Of a stretch of 64,000 bases of DNA, positions 59,654 through 64,000 are shown in pieces. Each line of letters begins with the position of its first letter. Positions within the stretch are counted from its first letter, which is position 1. Below the pieces are notes generated by a model, which did no database searches, was not told the DNA's origin, and saw nothing but the letters and a program-made list of their open reading frames with translations. This DNA is from Candidatus Latescibacterota bacterium. GTDB taxonomy: Bacteria > Latescibacterota > UBA2968 > UBA8231. A program made the translations under genes and the position numbers. The stretch spans positions 2,144,001-2,208,000 of the forward strand of contig OZ253462.1 in the NCBI GenBank assembly GCA_965261395.1, read 5' to 3'.

Positions 59654-59725
59654 TGTCCGTGCGCTGCTAACCCGGTTGCCTTATCTTCGTTGGGCCAACC
59701 AGCCAAATCCGAGAAAGGAATGGCC

Positions 59726-60598
59726 ATGTCCGCTCTTGATCCCAGCACTGCCAAGCCCCTCCTCTTTCAACAGAGCCGCGTCGGCTACGTCGATATAGAC
59801 GAGGTTGATCTACCCCGGACCAACGCCGCTGGCAAGCCGGTAATTGATCCGACGCCGGAACAGAGGTACTTACTCGACACCCAGGGTTGGCTATTGATAC
59901 CCGGTCTGCTCAGCGAAGGCGAAGTGGAGGAGATGCGGGCCTTTTGCTACCGCTTGCACCAGGAGCCCGAATCGCTGCCAGAGCCGCAGCGCAGCCCTAT
60001 TGGCGGCCCCTTGGAAGAACTGACCGACCACCCCTTTATCGTCGGTTTTATGAACGAATTCCTCGCCCATCCCGACCTGTCGAGCCAGGACTGCTACGGT
60101 TTTCGCATGGAATCAACCAGCCTAAGTATGCGCCAGACCGGGGAAGGGGGCTTTGCGCCCCACAACGGCAATGGCCTGTGGCGCCTGCCCGGCGACGGGC
60201 ACAACTACCGCTGCGTGCCCGGCAAGGCGCGCAGCAGCTTGACCTGCGTGGTGTGGGAATTGAACGAGGTTGAGGCCAGTGGCGGCGGCACTCTGTTCAT
60301 CAGCGGCAGCCACAAAGCCGCTTTCCCCCTGCCCGACGGAGCCCAAAGCCTCGATTCGGACCTTTGGACTCGATACACGTGTCCGGCCGGCTCCCTACTC
60401 ATTTTCGCCGAGAGCACCACCCACACCGCTTCTCCGTGGGGTAGCACCAAGCACGAGCGCTGCGCCATTTTCAGCCGCTACAATTACGTCGATAGCAAAT
60501 GGCACAAGTGGCAACCCCACCCCCAAGCGCTCGAAGCCATGCCGCCCAAGCGTCGCACGCTCTTCCGGCCCGTCCACGTCGAAGGCAATCTGATATAA
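59726..60598 (+). CDS. PhyH-like Fe/2OG enzyme (HNG motif)
   Basis: YLLDTQGW, PHNG, GGTLFISGSHK, FAESTTH. Confidence 0.8.
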   Translation: MSALDPSTAKPLLFQQSRVGYVDIDEVDLPRTNAAGKPVIDPTPEQRYLLDTQGWLLIPGLLSEGEVEEMRAFCYRLHQEPESLPEPQRSPIGGPLEELTDHPFIVGFMNEFLAHPDLSSQDCYGFRMESTSLSMRQTGEGGFAPHNGNGLWRLPGDGHNYRCVPGKARSSLTCVVWELNEVEASGGGTLFISGSHKAAFPLPDGAQSLDSDLWTRYTCPAGSLLIFAESTTHTASPWGSTKHERCAIFSRYNYVDSKWHKWQPHPQALEAMPPKRRTLFRPVHVEGNLI

Positions 60599-60649
60599 TA
60601 CGCGAGAGGCGAGGAGCAATTGGCTCCGATCCAGCCAGCTCAAATGGAT

Positions 60650-60835
60650 CGCATTGCCTAATCCGATCAAACGATCTCCATCCCAGCCAGTCCATAGCGA
60701 ATGTGAGTTCAGTAAGCCGTTGCGGAGCGCAGTCGGTTTTTGGGCCGCTGACCAATCATTCGATACATACAGTTGCCGTATGGCTTCCAGCGAAATATTT
60801 CGCGTGTCGCTATAGGAAATCGCTGTGCTAGTCAT
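60650..60835 (-). pseudogene. GNAT acetyltransferase N-terminal fragment
   Basis: LY...W..A..P..L..GL.NS..WDGDRLIGLGNAI, after which similarity ends before the acetyl-CoA motif. Confidence 0.6.
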
Positions 60836-60884
60836 AGGTATCCGCCGTAAACGCTCGTATAGTGTTCCACTTCGGGAAATGGAT
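60832..60884 (-). pseudogene. 3' remnant of a gene (ABM-monooxygenase-like C-terminus) cut by an IS
   Basis: HPFPEVEHYTSVYGGYL*, whose stop overlaps the GNAT ATG. Confidence 0.45.
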
Positions 60885-62060
60885 GGCTTTGGTGCATGGA
60901 TCGGTATTTTTGGGTTTCTCGGTTGAATAAAGACAGGCTCCTCAGTAGATTGGGCATGACTTTTTTGCGAAAAGACTCTATGCCTTCTCTTCCAAGGAAC
61001 CTGTCCTGTCCAACGTATCGTCTGCTCCGTCTTCGGTCAAGCCCCGTCGCCGTCGCTCGAAGGTTGTGTATCGGGTGCGTAATTGGCCTGATTATGATGC
61101 GGGGCTTACCCAGCGCGGTAGCCTGACGGTGTGGTTTTCCCCCCAAGCGGTCGAAGCGTGGTATTATCAAGGGCCGCGCCAACGGGGGGCGCAATATACC
61201 TTTTCGGACGTAGCCATCCACACGGCGTTGACGTTGCGGCTTATGTATCACTTGCCGCTACGCCAAACCGAGGGGTTTGTCGCTTCCATTGTAGCCTTGA
61301 TGGGCTTGGCTATACGGGTGCCGGATCATACGACCCTCTCGCGGCGTCAGGCTGACTTGACAGTAGCGTTGCCTACCCAGCCCACGGATCAACCCCGGCA
61401 TTGGGTCGTTGATTCGACGGGGTTGAAGGGGTATGGCGAAGGCGAGTGGAAGGTGCGTCAGCACGGCTGGGGCAAGCGGCGCACCTGGCGCAAATTGCAC
61501 CTTGGGGTCGACGAAGCCACCGGCGAGATCGTCGCCCAGACGTTGACGGCCAATCGCCCAGATGATGCCGGGCAGGTCGAGCCGTTGCTGGAGCAAGTCG
61601 CGGCCCCCATCGCGGCGGTGGGCGGGGATGGAGCCTATGATAAACGCAAGGTGTTTGAGGCGTTGGCTGCGCCGGACCGAGGGCCGCCGATCCGGCCGAT
61701 CATTCCGCCGCGCAAAGACGCCAAAATCCAGCAACATGGCAACTGCAACGCGGAGCCGTTGCCCCGCGATGAGACGATCCGAACCATCCGTAGCCGGGGC
61801 CGTCGAACCTGGAAAAAAACCAGTGGCTATCATCGCCGATCCCTCGTCGAAACCCAGATCGGCCGCTACAAACAGAGCCTCGGCGACACCTTGCACGCCC
61901 GAACCCTATCCCACCAACAAACCGAAACACGAGTGGGATGTGCCATACTCAACCGGCTATTGCATTTGGCTAAGCCCGAGTCCTATCCGATAACCAAGGA
62001 AGTCTAAAACACACCAGACAAGGGGCAACACGGCCCCGACAGTTTTCATGCACCAAAGCC
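60885..62060 (+). mobile_element. IS903-group element, diverged copy 3, no target duplication
   Basis: IRs GGCTTTGGTGCATG / CATGCACCAAAGCC; flanks differ. Confidence 0.92.
61006..62007 (+). CDS. IS5/IS903-group transposase (CTG at the ATG-equivalent position)
   Basis: Clearly homologous to copies 1 and 2; in-frame GTG at 61066 is an alternative start. Confidence 0.88.
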   Translation: MSNVSSAPSSVKPRRRRSKVVYRVRNWPDYDAGLTQRGSLTVWFSPQAVEAWYYQGPRQRGAQYTFSDVAIHTALTLRLMYHLPLRQTEGFVASIVALMGLAIRVPDHTTLSRRQADLTVALPTQPTDQPRHWVVDSTGLKGYGEGEWKVRQHGWGKRRTWRKLHLGVDEATGEIVAQTLTANRPDDAGQVEPLLEQVAAPIAAVGGDGAYDKRKVFEALAAPDRGPPIRPIIPPRKDAKIQQHGNCNAEPLPRDETIRTIRSRGRRTWKKTSGYHRRSLVETQIGRYKQSLGDTLHARTLSHQQTETRVGCAILNRLLHLAKPESYPITKEV

Positions 62061-62849
62061 TGCCCCAAATACTACATCAATCCCCGATCCTATAGCTTTT
62101 ACAGGAATTATCTGAGTTTGCCAGCACATCCCAGATATTCCCCGTGTATTATTGGTAATAGCTCCTATCACCCCTGCGACTTGCGTTCCATGGTTTGCCC
62201 AGACACTACTCAAGTCGTCCATGGGATCTGAATCACCGTTCCCAAAATCCCATCCCGCTATTACTCTTGTTCTATTCCCGGGATCGAGGTCTTGATGGTT
62301 ATAATCGACTCCTCCATCAATTACGGCTACTTTTATATCACCCCCGGTGCTTAAAGACCATGCACTAGGTGCCTTGATTGGCGTAAATCCTCTTTGCTTC
62401 GACCAAAGGAGGTCATTAGGGGACACTTGCATCGGATGAACGGCCCAATTCAGATCGACATAATCAATGCTATGAACTTTCTTCAATGAATCAACAAGAG
62501 CATTGAGATCAGTCTCTGCGCCTACTTTGATCTCAAAATAACGTGAAAGATCGATTAGTCTCACTCGACGACCCTTTGGGGTAGTCCTTAATGTGTCTCC
62601 CGGCAGAAAATTGGGAAAAATACGAGTCCCTTCTTCAAAGCCAGCATTTTGAAGCAAACTCCTGATTTTTGTAGAACTGATATGGATCAGTTCTAAGTTT
62701 CCTGCCAGTAATTGAAGATCCTCTTTACCAAACTTAATTAGGATTGTCCTTGGTTCATAGTCTGGAGTTTCCTGCGCACCCAAGCTACTGAACCAAATTA
62801 TAGACAAAATGGTCCAAATATACATTGAGAGTAAGGTATTCAGTTTCAT
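62061..62849 (-). pseudogene. Secreted S8 subtilisin-like peptidase truncated by an IS
   Basis: Signal peptide, VAVIDGGVD, HGTQVAG; catalytic Ser (GTS) region missing; lower GC. Confidence 0.85.
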
Positions 62850-63085
62850 CTTCTCATCTCCTAAGTGGTTAGTTAAGTGCGTTTCTCGATTATTTTTTCG
62901 AAAACGCTTTTACGATTTACGAGCAAATCCATCAATTGGTCAGAATGGCCAAACTGTCAACTTTGCACACTAAGGCCTAGTACCTAGTCCCACATCCAGC
63001 GTAAGACGCGAAGGTTGTGAGTAACGAACGATGCCATTTTGTATGGCCTCCTTTCCCGTATCGACATCGATTTTGATGAAATACA

Positions 63086-63101
63086 AGCACATTCCATGCC
63101 A
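63086..63101 (-). promoter_or_regulatory. Putative sigma-54 (-24/-12) promoter
   Basis: TGGCATGGAATGTGCT: GG-N10-GC, close to the TGGCAC-N5-TTGC consensus. Confidence 0.5.
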
Positions 63102-63220
63102 GCTATCATACTTCGCACAAAAAAATCCTCCAGGAAGGCCCTGAAGGACTGAAAAACATGGAATAAAAAAATGAAATGTATGTTCTACACTTTGTTATCC
63201 CATCTGTCGTTATCCATCAT

Positions 63221-63280
63221 TTGCACAACTTTTTGTTCATTTTGCACAATTTTTTGTTCACTTGCACAATTTTTTGTTCA
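63221..63280. repeat. Three 19-bp repeats TTGCACAAYTTTTTGTTCA, probable protein-binding sites
   Basis: Copies at 63221, 63242 and 63262; each is an imperfect palindrome. Confidence 0.85.
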
Positions 63281-64000
63281 TCGGAATAACGCTATACACA
63301 CAACGACTTCTTCGGTCGCTGCAACTGCTGGCATCTGGAAAGATCATACTGAAATTGCGGACAGGTATTCGCGTTTATCTCCTGAATTACAGAGCGCATT
63401 GGAACCCCTCATTTCAACACCGATCCCTCCTCTTCCACCCGCCATATATGTGCGCAAATTCCTTGGACCCATCGTCGTTCCACACCGCAAAGAACAAGCC
63501 CCAGATGGTCCCGTCGGCAAAGCTGGTCAACGCGTTGATCAGTGGTATGCTAGCCGTGTAGAGTACATGTTTTCTTGTAGACGCAGTTTACCCAAATGCC
63601 TGGGGATTTCTGCTGGACCGCGTACGCCAAGCGCACAATGACCGCTTCGTCCATCTCCACTCCGAGGCCCGGGCTCTAGCACGAGTGAACAGCCTCGACG
63701 ATCTCAATGCGCTGCCGAGCCGCATCCTCCTCGTACTAGTCGTCGAGTTTGATCGAGTGGGGGCTGTGGGCAGCACGGCCGCTGAAAGGATAAGTCAATG
63801 CGAAGATTCGTAAAGAAGACGAGTCCACTTGACTGAGATCGATCTAATTTTATGGGACTCAGGGCCAAGATAGCTGACAGGACGAGCTGCTACGTTTCCG
63901 ACATACCTATACCTTATATTGATAGATAGCTCAGAATTTCTCCATTTTTTCACTGAAAATGAACCTTGTAAATGCACACCCAATTCATTGGTTCGAAACC

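Noticed and set aside
63171-64000. ORFs at the right end
   Set aside because: They run through the regulatory repeats or are short, broken frames without recognisable motifs; possibly pseudogene debris.

Overview
GC-rich bacterial chromosomal segment. The gene content (six PhyH-family dioxygenases, eukaryote-like LRR lipoproteins, sulfotransferases, Mrp antiporter) resembles marine sponge-associated symbionts; this host assignment is inference only. Left end: tandem plant-type LRR lipoprotein genes headed by a 28-aa 'empty' lipoprotein ORF and two palindromic operators. Then come a 9-gene Mrp/Mnh antiporter operon, PhyH/LysR genes, serS-folD, and a long run of sugar-acid and other catabolic genes. 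Single defence modules are scattered through this run: Type ISP-like RM, an HsdR_N-type nuclease, BrnTA, a TA-like/REase/MTase cassette and Mrr plus caspase. Three IS5-family (IS903 group) elements truncate accessory genes. Two features stand out. (1) Two ~2.2-2.3 kb defence cassettes with no integrase are each bracketed by a long direct repeat (82 bp and 129 bp) duplicating the 3' end of the upstream host gene. (2) LRR modules have near-invariant scaffold DNA, while the ligand-facing codons vary mainly at positions 1-2. No rRNA, tRNA or CRISPR array was seen. All counts and alignments were made by eye.
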